Source: Amoebophrya sp. A120 (Eukaryota; Protista; Dinoflagellata). Taken from it: DNA of 64,000 bases. The stretch's first letter is position 1. Each line of letters starts with the position of its first letter. The position numbers and the translations under genes are program-made. Under the pieces are notes generated by a model. That model made no database searches. It worked only from the letters and a program-made list of their open reading frames with translations, and was not told the DNA's origin. Below, piece by piece: positions 36,224 to 48,150 of the stretch. The stretch is taken from the NCBI GenBank assembly GCA_905178155.1, contig CAJINV010000001.1, positions 8,881,170-8,945,169 of the forward strand, given 5' to 3'.

Positions 36224-39200
36224 TACGCTCGAGGAGCAGTTTATCGTGTCCGAAACCATGAAGGAACTTCTGATGACCCGTGCGGAGGTGAAACTCTTGC
36301 AGATGGAAGACGCATTGAACGACGCGTGGCGGGTGAAACTCTACCTGGGCCCGAACAAGCTTCCCGAGGGCCGGCTGAACTGGGGCGAAATGCGCTACTC
36401 TACCTCGGGGTGGATGGGCCTCGTACCCTTCGTGTGGACCAGCCGCCTGGTCGCGGACGTGGGGGTGCGGTGGCTGGCGCCGCAGAAACAAACGCTGAAC
36501 CACTGGCTGCAGATTTTCTACCTCGCCGAGGAAATCGCGCAGAAGAAGGCGGAGATCCGCATGCTAAGCACCTCGGACGAACAGGACGAGCGCATGGAAA
36601 AGAAGTTTTTCGGGAGGTACGAGTTCGACGTGAATCTGCTCTATGTCGACCCCCGCGAGCGACAGATGCGGCTCAACGAGAAAATAAAGAACCTGCAGAT
36701 CGAGCAGCGGCGTCCGACTGTGCTGGAGCAGCAGCAATTCGCGGAAGAAACCCTGCTGTTGAAGCAGTCCTGGCCCCAGCAACTCGCGCAGTTGTCGGAG
36801 ATCGTTTTGCGGGAGCACTGTTTGACCAAGTTCCGGTTGGAAAACGCGCCCCTGCAAAATCCGTCGGGCGAGCGGTTCCTGGCGACGCTGCTGAACCGGT
36901 GCATCGGGTCGCAGACGGCGATGTCCGGGTCCCTCGAACGGCTCACGTTCACGAACTGCGAGCTGGGGTTGCACAACCTCAACGCACTCTCCGGGGCGTT
37001 GTTCCGCAGCCACGGCGCGGCCCTGCGCGAACTCAGCATCCACTGCACGGGGCGCGCGGACCGACTGGCGTTGCCGCAGACGCTGCTGAAGTTTCTGCCG
37101 AATCTGGTCCTGAAGAAGCTGCAGCTCCGCAACAACGGCATGACGCCCCTGATGCTGGAACTCCTCCTCCGCGGTGTGCCTCGCCACGACCAGCAGATCC
37201 CTGAGAGCGATATCATTTGTAAAAACGTCCCCGCACCAGAGTTGTGATGCAGATTTGCAATGACAGAAACATTTGTAATGCGTATCTCCATGAGAAGTGT
37301 TTCTAGTCGTGTTTTGGCATTTGTAATGCTGTAACCAGGATAAGCAGATGGATTCGTGATGCGTGTGTCCTTGCTAACCTGCACTACACTACGGAATGCT
37401 ATTTGTGATGCGTGAGTCCCAAAACTTCTAGGTTTGTGTTGCAAAATCCCCACCTTGACTATGGGGTGGGGGCGTTTTTACACAGGATAAGCGAGCGCGA
37501 CATCCTCTCCGCCGAGGCGGTGAAGCGCATCCGGTACGTGCAGAAGGTGGCCGAGGAGGAAAACAAGGCCTTTTACGAGGACGACGCCGAGACGCGCGCG
37601 ATGCTGATGTTGGACGCCAGCCCGCCTGTAGATACCCTGAACGGCGGGAGCCTCCACGACTTGCCCGCCGACCCGGACGCGGACGAGTTGCACCTCCAAC
37701 TGGCTAGTTTCCAGCCGCCCGAGGACCACGATCCCGGGCGGAGACTGACCGAGGAAGAGCTCCTGCACTACGCCACCTTCGAGCAGGAGCTGCAACTGTT
37801 CCTCGGAGACATCCCGGAAAAAGTGTTCCACCACGGCGATATCAACGAAACGGTGCAAGTGTTGCAGTTGCGCGAACAGCAGGAGGAGGAGGAGCGGCTG
37901 TTGTACGAAAGGAAAATGGCAGGGTACAGCAACCGCAGATCTTCTACTCCGTATGGAGGAGGTGGTGCTGGTGGCAACGAGGACTACAACTACTACCCGG
38001 AAGGAGGCGTGGACGGCGTCGCCGGTCAAGATGTTGAGCAGGAACTGCTGCAATATGGCGGCGCGGGAATGGCGGGCCGGAAAAGTCGTCCTCTAGGCCA
38101 ATTGGAGGCCGACAGCACAGGAGCTGCTGTGCCAGGAGGTGCTGGCTACAACAACTATGCAGTCCAGGAGCAACAGGGGCAGTACAATGAGTACGAAGAT
38201 GAGGACAACATGACAAACGATCCCTACAGACCGCGCCCCCGGGTCGTGGCCGGGCAGGACGCGAAGCGAATGCGGTTCCAGTCCCACATGGACAACCAGC
38301 ACTACCTGGAGCAAACCACGTATGGCACACGGCACCACGACGCGCAGTCGCGGCGCCTGCACGCCGCGACGCTCGCGGCCAAGCAGGCGAACAAGCCCGT
38401 TATCGACGGACTCGACGAGGAGATCGCCGCCACCCGAGAGCAGGGCGCCCTCGCGCAGCCGCTCCAGGTGTTCCCCATGACCACCACTGTCACCGGCCAG
38501 AAACGGCACCGGATCCGGCTCGGACCCTCGCAGGCGCCGCGCGGGATCCTGACCGCGCCCTTCAGTGCCCTGGAATCTTTGTGCCTCACCCAGAACTACC
38601 TCGGGGACGAGGGTGTCACGGTGCTCTCGCGACACTGGCACAAGAGCACGTGCCTCAAGGAGCTACGGCTGGACTACAACCAAATCACCTACAAAGGGGG
38701 CGAGCACCTCGCGGCGAACCTGATCCACGCCCCGAAGACGCTGGAATTTCTTTCCCTGAAGCACAACAACCTCCAGGACGACGGGATCGAGAACTTCGCG
38801 CAACGCAAAACGCTGTTCGGCGTGTCCGGGGTGAAGTATCTGGACGTGCGGGACAATAACGCGAACGTGGTGAACCAGGAGGCGCAGTTCAACGGGGCGG
38901 TCAAGAAGCGGTTCATGATCGCGCAAAAGAACTTCGACCAGGCGAAGCTGGAGGCGCAGCTCCTGGCCCAGCAACAGGCGGAAGAGGAGGAGCAGCGCAT
39001 CGTGCTGCTGGCCCAGGGCAAAACGCCGCTCCCGCCGAAAGCGCCACCGAGAAGTAAAGAGGATGACAAGCCGGTAGTCCTGGTCAACGGAATGCCCTTC
39101 CGGGACGACCACATGGAACAAAGGGTTTACATCACCAACAAGGAATTCCCCGTCATCTACACGCCCCCCGCGGTGGCAGCCATGTTTGCGGAACAAGCGC

Positions 39201-39250
39201 TTCCCGACGGAGTGCCGGTGGTGCAGGGAACCATTGTGTCCGGCGAGTGA
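36224..39250 (+). CDS. RNI-like leucine-rich-repeat protein (5' exon(s) unresolved)
   Basis: LRRs such as LESLCLTQNYLGDEG, LKELRLDYNQITYKG and LEFLSLKHNNLQDDG. Two ORFs join across the element 37211-37489 (PES|ERDIL). An acceptor at 36223 suggests an upstream exon. Confidence 0.82.
37211..37489. mobile_element. Introner-like element, 279 bp
   Basis: 28-bp TIR with 5 mismatches (TATCATTTGTAAAAACGTCCCCGCACCA); perfect TSD AGCGA (37206-10 / 37490-94). Confidence 0.9.
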
Positions 39251-39851
39251 AGTGGTTGAGGGCATAATGTGGTGCCATGAACATTGTATTCGCACGAGAC
39301 TTTCATAGATAGACCCCAATACAACTTTGTTTCTCTCGCAGTCGGGAAAGATAGAAAGAGCATCTCCTGCGCAAAAGGAATGTTTGCAACTGCATAGATT
39401 TGAAGAGGAGTTCTTCGCGAAGATAATTGCACGACTCTGTAATATCCAAAAAAGACGAGCTCTTGCGTGCGGGCGAGGGCTTTCCGCGGGAGATGCACCG
39501 CTCTACGGTGCGAAGTACTTAGATCTTCAAAGAACAGTCATAGAGATACATTTTCAGTGTTCGACCATTCCGATCGCTGCTCGCCGCAAGCGCTTCACAA
39601 CTGGTTCTTAGCCCTAGTTCCCATGATCTGGATGCACGTCACAGTAAGTACAACGTAGAGCAACTAATGGGAATAGCATTTTTCGATCAAAAGCAAAACC
39701 GCTTTATTGTGCGGCGCTTCTACCACCTTCGCGGTCTTCCAAACCTGTGTTGCTTCTGACTGAGAAATGATCGGGTCACTCTCGTTAGAACGTTCGGCAG
39801 TCATGATAAACAACGTGATGGACTTCTGTTGACATTCATTGTGATTCCAAG

Positions 39852-42800
39852 ATGAAAACGCTTGCTGTGGTATGGAGCCCTTTTGTGTTGGGCCCTTCAT
39901 TTTTTCTCTCCTTCCTTCGCTTTATAACGCAATCCGTTCCTCCCGTACTTGCTGATGATTTCGTGGATCTCTTGGCGCGCAACGCGGTTCCGAGCCACAA
40001 CCCGGAGCACAGTTGCGAAAGGCGCATCACAGATTGGCCGAACCTGAAGTCGATGCTCTCGGACTACGCCCACGGTCGCCTGCTCTTCTTGCAGGACGAG
40101 CAGCAGAGCAGCATCGCGCAGTGGCGGTTGCAGAAAGAGATCTTCCTTCACAATCCCGACCTGGACTTTTGCCCCATTGGCCTGCTGTCCTTCTTCCTCG
40201 CCGATGCGCACATCCGCACCCAGCACGGCGGAGAGGGCGACTCGTTGTGGCTTCAAGGAGATGAAACAGGTGCAGCTCAGGATCACCAGCAGCTGTCAAC
40301 GCCAACCGCACTTGAAGACGGTGGGGCAGCGAATCAAATTGCGTCACGCGACCTTGAGGGCGACCAAGCAAATTCCGGAGACGGACAGAGTGGACGCTCA
40401 AACAGCACACCGACTCTGCTGCCTGCCGCGTTTTGGAAGTTGCTGGAGACCTTGTCCTACTACGAGGATCTATTTTGGCACCGACTAGACCTTTCCATGG
40501 TATTGTGGAGCGGATGGCCCAGTTTCACGCTGCTCCGACGCATTCGCGTGGACGTAGGACAGGCTTTGCTCGACAAGCTGACAGCAGTCCAGCTTGTACC
40601 TTGGCCACAGCCAGGAGACGGAAGTACGCCTTCTTCTACGGTGAATCTGCTCGCTGCGACTCTTGACAAAGTAGCCGCGGCGTTCTGCGAGCAGCAGTTC
40701 GAGGTGGAAACGGAAATGAACGTGGTCCTACACCATCTACAAACCCTGTTCAGCGGCCCCGTGCAAGCCGACGTAAAAAGAACTTCATCTACACAAAAGT
40801 ATTTCAAAATCGTTTGCGTTTTTGCTTCAACGCTAGCAGCGCGTCGTGCGTAACCGTAAAGAGAAAGACCTCCCTGTGTCACTTGCATAAACTCATTTTC
40901 TCAGTCTGGAGATCAATCGGATCAATTTCGTATGCCAACCTTCGAAACGTAGCATTAGCAACCATCCAGCAATGCGCCAGCGTCCGGTCTCTGCTGGTCT
41001 TCATGTCTGTGGTGTTTATCTATTATGGCACATGTCGTGTGTCTGTGCAACCTTTTTTCATCATGCGACAGCGAAAATAAGGAGACTCCAATGACTGCAT
41101 CTTCACATACCTTGCAGGTTTTTGCCGCTCTGGACCAGGCGTCGAGCTGGCTGCTCGACTTCTTCCAGCGCATCACGGAAGCGGAGAACGTTTGTTTCTA
41201 CCAGCTAGCCTTTCTGGAGATGGTCCGCGCCTACCTGGCCCTCAAACAGCCCGCGGCGGAAGAGCGCCAAATTGCCGAACTCGTCTGGTGGCACAGCATG
41301 AAAGCCACCGAATATCGCCGGCGCGCCCTGCAGGTCGACGCGGCGGCACTAGGATTCGATCAGTCGGAAAGAGAAGACACTAGCACCAATATGATCCGTT
41401 TTCTGTTCACGAATCCTGAGACGGGTATTCCATTGAAGTGGAATCTGTACCCGATGTTGCTCCCCGGCTCGCTGCCCCTGATCGAATTGCTGGACAATCT
41501 GGCCAGGGAGTTCCATCGGATGCCGTGGCTTCTGTCCTCAACCGATTCTCCTGAGCAGGACTGTGCAACCGGTGAACGGCGGCTGCAAGAAATACCAGAT
41601 GAAGAAACTGCGTCAACCGGTGGTCGTGCAACTAATCCATCATCTGCATCTGGTAAAACAAGTGACGCGACTACGGAAGGTGACCAAGGGAATGAGGAAA
41701 CAAGCCACTCCGGTACACCAGCAACTACAGCAATTACGCCGACCACGACCTCAAGCATCTGTCCCCCGTGCGGGGTCGTTGATTACCAAGTCGAATGGTT
41801 TCACGAACAGGTCTTTCTCTCTCGGTTCGTGGAGGACGCTACCGCCGCTCTGGAGGCACTGCAGCGGGAACGAGAGCGCACGGCGGAAAGAACTACAGAT
41901 CACGTGGCAGATCGGAACGGTACAACTGGAGCTGGTGGAAATGATGTATCTTCAGTAGAGCAACATCCAATAGAAACCGACCGCGCAGAAGACCATGAGG
42001 ACAACCACACCGATCCGCCTCCGCCTCCGCCGTCCACCGCGACAAAAACGACGCTTTCACCGTTTCACCAAAAGACGCACGCCTTCCACCACGACCCGCA
42101 TGTGCGGTCCTGGATACCCTACGGCCTCGACCGCACCGACGAGGCCTGGGCCGTCGTTTTGACGGGACTGCCGGAGGTGGATGAACTGGGTAGAACCGAC
42201 GACCAGGAGGAGAGAATTACAAGTAGTGGCTCTGGTAACTACGACGATGAAAAAGAGGAAAAACCCGGACAAACATCTTCATCAGAGAAGCAGCAGCAAA
42301 ACCAAGATAGCGAGCAGGACGATGAGCAAGACGAGACTGCATTCCACACCGCGCTGCGGAATTTGCACGTCTATGTGACGGCCATCCGCGTGCTCGCGCA
42401 CTCCGTCCTAAAGCGCGCCCGCATACGACGTCCGTTTCTCGTGCTGCACAACTACAAAGGACCAGACGATGCAGTAGACAACACGAGCGACAAAAACGCC
42501 GCAGCTAGTTCATCATCTACGTCAGAAAGTGGAGGCAAACGCAAAAATACTAAAGCATCCAAGCGGACGGACTACATTATGCAGTACTTTCTGAACCTTC
42601 TGCGCAGCGACGGCCTGGAGCCGGTGTACGTGGAGCCGCCGGCGGTCGAGGACCTGCCGCGGTCCCTCCGGCAGCGCGGCGACGATGAGCACGCGGACAA
42701 GGAGCAGAAGTGGCGGCGGCTGCTGGGCGATTCGTGGTGGGCGAAGACGCGGCTGTGGCAGATGACGGAGTACAAACGGATTGTCTACCTGGACGCCGAC

Positions 42801-43745
42801 ATGCTGGTCTTGCAAAACCTGGAGAATTTGTTCACCATGGAGAACGTGGACTTCGCCCTTCCGGTGTACGAGGACAGCGTAATCGGGTTGATGGTGATCA
42901 GACCGAACCTCTCGCTGTACAACACCATGATAGACACGCTGCAGCACGTGGCCCCGTTCATCGACGCAAACTTGCGGTCCCTCGATCAAAGCTTTCAGCA
43001 TTTCTTCTGGTACTATGCGGGGCTGCAGGCCGCGGGCTACGCGGTTTTTTCTCCAGACACAGGCGCATTCCTGCACTGCGATCAGGAGCAAGTTGAGGAC
43101 CACGAGAGTATAGCAGAAGTAAAAAACGTTGACGTTCCTACTCCTAGAACGCAAAATAAACCCTATCTCCAGCCCCCAAAGGTGGTAGAGTCCTTATCAG
43201 AGCGGAAAAACCTCCGCGACTACAACAGCAGCACGTCCGTGCAGCTCCAGTTTGCATCGAAAGCAGAAAGAGGACACCAAGATGAAACAAGCCACAGCGC
43301 AACCGTAGAGGTACAACCACCTGTTGAACAAGATGAGACAGAAGCAGGTAGGTCGAAAACAGCGTCGAAGCCGCACCAGGCACTCGCTTCTGACGAGCAA
43401 ATACTTCGCGAGCAGACGGCGCTGTTGGAACAAACGCAGTACAAAGTCTGTGTGCTCTCCCTGGAGTATCACCTGGCCGTCACCTATCCAGCAGTGCACA
43501 AGTTGGTCCGCTACCCGGACCGATTCGCGGACTCCGCCGAGCTAGTCTACAAGGTGCTTGCGCAAGTTGAACAACACGCAAAACTGCTACACTGGCCGGG
43601 GGAGCGCCGAAAGCCCTGGATGCACTGGAGCCAGGTTGCGCGCACGCCCTATGACGCGCTTTGGTGGATCGAGTACCAAAATGTCGAGCACATGGACCGC
43701 CGCACAGCAAACCCGGCTGTCCGCTTCCGCTGTGGAAGTGACTAA
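39852..43745 (+). CDS. Glycosyltransferase family 8 (glycogenin-like) protein with a long N-terminal extension
   Basis: KTRLWQMTEYKRIVYLDADMLVLQNLENLF (DxD), DQSF, LLHWPGERRKPW; hydrophobic N-terminus; intron 40773-41117 (GT-AG, phase 0). Confidence 0.85.
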
Positions 43746-44882
43746 ATTTCAGTCACTTCCAGAAGACTGTCGATCTTTTAGAGAGATCGACAACATTCTA
43801 CGAGAATACCATGCACATGCTGCCGGTAACTTCAGATATTCACTTACGTTTGTACTCCTTTTAGACTTGCACTTCGCTCTCATTTGATTCTGTATCTCGC
43901 CGACCTCTTCTAATCTATGTCAACAGTTTGCTACAGTGCAATCATCCCAGGAGGAGGAGGTAGCCAACAGCTGACGAAGGTTTTACCGCAGAAGATGTTC
44001 GTAGATATGTAAGAGCGAGGTACTTCAAGAGCAAAACCGTCCAAGATTGGAAATCACTCGGTGAATCCTTTTTTCTTATGTATTAGGAAGGATGCAAAAC
44101 CGAAAAGTTAAAGTAGTCAAACACATAGAGCATTTTTCCCGGCAGATCGTTGCAATGCGGAAGGATTGCAGATCGTCAATCGGAGATAAGCATATCCATG
44201 CAAAGATATTAAAGCAGATGAAGTTGCACTCCCTTATTTCTCCAGTTCAACTACGTCGTATCTCCGACCTACCCTGTCGTCTACCTCCCCGTCCCCTGCG
44301 CTACCCGTAGTATAATACCTATCACCGATTATAGCCGCAAGACTAGAAAGTACTTTTCGAATTTTTCCAGTAGCTTGCGAAGCACGCAGAAAAAAGTCGC
44401 TCACCCAGTACAGTTGAAGACGCGAAGAAATTTTCGTACTTGATATTTCCCACTACGTCTTCTGCCTCATCAAAGTGAGTATCGTGAGTCCTCTCAAGGC
44501 CACATACATTTTTCATATTGTAGAATACCCTGTTTCTGGGGTACCCGGGAGCCGCATCCTCCCTCGCTGGGTATAAGCGAATTCGCCCGTAAGGGTCCCG
44601 TCTCGGCGGAATGAAAAATAGAATAAGCGATGATCATGTAGTTTTTTGCCAAAGATAAAGATCAACTTCTACTTCTAGTATGGATGGGCTACAAGCGACC
44701 TGTATGATGTTGTGACCGCTGTTGGGCCAGATGTGCTGCGTCCTTTGTACCTGTGACAAGTAGCGCAGTCTTGGCGTTCCTCTGTACACCTAGCACCGGG
44801 CCGGCGACCAACTTTTTGCTCCAAACAACAGAAGTGGCTGCTTCCCTTTATTGTCTGACCGCTGCCGCTGCGACCGAAGAGA

Positions 44883-47302
44883 ATGGCGTCCTCGCAAATC
44901 CAGTGTACAGTCTGCTTGGAGGACTTCGTGCGGGACCTGAACCCGCCGATGTCCTGCGTGCCCTGCGGGCACGTGATTTGCGAACCCTGCTTGGCTAGCT
45001 GGCGTCGCTCCCTGCCCTACTTCAGCGACTTAACGTGCCCCATCTGCCGCGGTCGCGTGCGCGAGACCATGATGAACCGCTCCCTAATGGACGTCCTGGA
45101 GGACCAAGCTTCCGGTCGTGGTTTACCCCGTGGACTGCCAGTCACGATGCCAGACGTGCATCTGCGGCCCGCGTCGCAGGGTGCATCTGCAGGTACTACA
45201 TTACAATTGTCTGTACTGCTGACTCGCAAATATCTTCTCAGGCGCTTCGAAACGGTTTTTTTTTACGCTGGATTGAAATAAGATGAAACAAGGAAAAGGC
45301 AACTTCAATTGTGCCATAAACATGATCTTTCCACGACAATGCCATTAATACGCAAAAAAATACACACACCAAAATTAAGAGAATGCGTGCCACCGCCGCG
45401 CTGCGCATGTGCTTTTCTGCCCCACAAACCACGCACGAACCGCAATCACACGCCACGTTGTATTTCCCACTGAGTCTTCTGCTCCTGCCTTTGCCTTCGC
45501 GCGACTCCGCCCGCACAATCAGAAACATTGTTTGCCTGCCGCGCAAAGCTTGCGAGAACAGAAATTAGCGGCCGCACGACTACGACGAGCTTGTGCGATT
45601 TTGAACAAAACATTTTGTCATCGTCGAGCAGACCGGCCACGCATACTTGATAAATGAACGAGCTACGCATAGAAAGAACATCTTTCCTCTCGTCACAGCC
45701 GACGGGAGCCCAGCAAGTGCAACTTTTGCGCCGCCGGGGCGAACCTCTTCTTCCACCGCCGCCACGGAAAGCGACACAGCGAATCCCGGCGGCAGTACGG
45801 CGAATGGCCGTCCCTCCACTTCGTCGACAGCGTCGACGCCGTCGGGAACTCGCAACACGCTGGTACAGCTGCCGGACGGGTCCTCCATTACGCTGAGCAA
45901 CACGCTGCAGGGCCGAAAGCAAACGATGGCGCACGAGCTGCTGCCGGAGAAAAGCTGCGTTTGCTTTTACGTCATCGACAACTCAGGGAGCATGGGCCGC
46001 GACGACGGCAAGAAGTTCGAGACCGTTCTGGAAAAGAACGCCTGGAAACTGGTCAAGCGGGGCCACGGGTCCGTCACGAGGTGGGAGGAGGCCGCCGCCA
46101 AGTGCATGCAGATTGCGGTCTACAACTTGCGCCGCAAGATGCGCGCAAGCTACTACCTACTTAACCCGTCGACGGCGCGCACGCAATGGATCGATGAGCT
46201 GGACCAGGTGTTGCTCGACGCCACGGATTGCAACCTCACCCGGCTGGAGGCGGAGCTCGCCGCACACTTCGCCGCGGGAGCAGCCGGAAGAACGACCACC
46301 ACGTCCTCCGAACCGGCAGTCAGCAGACCGGGTGTGCAGCTGCTGCCGAACCTGTTGTGGCTCGTGACCTCGCCAGCTGGTGTGCGCACTTTGTGCGAGT
46401 GCCTCACCCGGAGCGGCAACGAGGAGTTCGGGCGGCGGCTGAACGTGCTGTACTTCAACCTGCTGTCGTCGGGGAGCATCCGCGGTTCCACCCCCCTGCA
46501 CAGCATCACGCAGTACCTCAGCCGCGAACTGGAAACGATGACCCGCGAAATGAACCTGCGGCACGCGCTTCCCATCAACATGAACCTGATCACCGACGGG
46601 GAGCCGGATAACCGGATTCAGTTCGAGAACCAGTTGAAAAAATTGTGCAACGAGTTCCGCAGCTCGCTCGCGATCATGCTCACGATCAACCTGTGTACCG
46701 ACGACGACGACGTGGTCGACTACTACAACGAACTGGATAAGAAGCTGGGGAACGAAATCAACTCCCTCGACGTGCTGGATGACCTCGAGAGCGAGCAGAA
46801 GGAGGTTCTCAAGGCGGGGAACACGTTTGTGACGTACTGTGAGGAGCTTCACGTCTGCCGCATGGCCGGGTGCAACGCCGTGATTGCCGATTCCATCGAC
46901 GAAGAAGAGTTGCAGGTGTTCCACGCCACGAAGTTAGCCCGGGAGCTTCTCGGCTTTTCCAGCTCCACGCTCGCGAAAGTTGGGTCGACAGTGGCGGCGG
47001 ATCAAAGTTCATCTTCAGGTGGGGCTGTTAATGCCAATTCCTCTACAACTTCTCCGAGGACAACGACGGCCGCGGATCCCTCCGTCGCCTATCAATGTGG
47101 CGAAGATATTCCCTCGTGGTTCGACGACACAGAAGACTTTCTGCGGAAGCTAGAGCAGAACAACAGGAATGTCTACGACTTCTACTACAAGGCAAACAAA
47201 CCGCTGGTGAATGTCGGTAAGGTGCGGAACAAAATCTGGTGGCACAAGCAGAAGGAAGGCGTATCCAAATTTTTCGGCGGGTTCTTTGGTTCCCGAAGAT
47301 AG
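44883..47302 (+). CDS. RING-HC finger plus vWA domain protein (putative E3 ligase)
   Basis: CTVC...CGHVICEPC...CPICR; GT-AG intron 45193-45698; MIDAS motifs VIDNSGSMG, GSTPL and LITDGEP. Confidence 0.85.
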
Positions 47303-48150
47303 CATGGGGTCAGAGCGGAGAAGCGGCTTGTTCCCAATCGACCCACGCTACAGAAACTTAGCTCACGCACTGCAATAAAACACTGAGGTTTAGTTTCAGA
47401 ACTACACACGTTGTAAAGAGCAATTGCTACTACCATTCCAGTTCTTGTTTCGTGACGAGCCAGCAGAGTGTCTGGACTGCAAACCTGCGACATGCAGGTT
47501 TTCAGAGGACGAATATCACAAGCAACATGAAACTCTCGCGGCGACCAGCAATACCGACGCCTTCCTAGGATTGCCGACGACTCCTCGGAGTTCTGAAAGA
47601 TGTTGTTCAGTGTCGTGTTCGTCTTGCACAGCATGGGCCGTTGCTAGAAATTGAAATTGTCTAGTATGACACAGGGAGGACCAGGATGGGAAGTATAGAG
47701 ATTTCCAAAAGAACAAAGGTCAAAGAGATGGAGAGATGACATGATCATTCCTTGATGAGGATACGGGGGCCCATTGTTGGATAAAAATGAAGATCGAATA
47801 AATACAGTGAGTGTGCGAGTGAGTACTATGATAACGAGCGTGATGGTGATAATATTATTTAATAACCTCAGGCGCCGGTAGTTGAGCAAGCTATCGGAGC
47901 GAAGATGGCACCTTCTGGAGCCACGCCCTGCTGCTCAAGATACCTTCCGCACTCTCATCTGGTTTTGAGACCGGCGCTGCAGGTGTGTATCCCTCCTGTG
48001 TCACGAGGTAGGCAGCTGCACCGTCCGGAAGCTCTGGTGCACCTGCGCCATCGTTTGCGACGAGACCGCGCATTCGGAAAAGAACAGCGTCCTGGCGACT
48101 GTTCGTCCACAAGAACGCCGTAAGTGTCGCATCACGACAGTCAGTAGTAG

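Noticed and set aside
44530-44612. Short GC-rich intergenic stretch as a tRNA or ncRNA
   Set aside because: No cloverleaf, T-loop or recognisable snRNA motif.
24026-47012. Long minus-strand ORFs antisense to genes (e.g. 24026-24712, 33005-33826, 36641-37453, 46157-46924)
   Set aside because: Shadow ORFs caused by high GC3 of the + strand genes.
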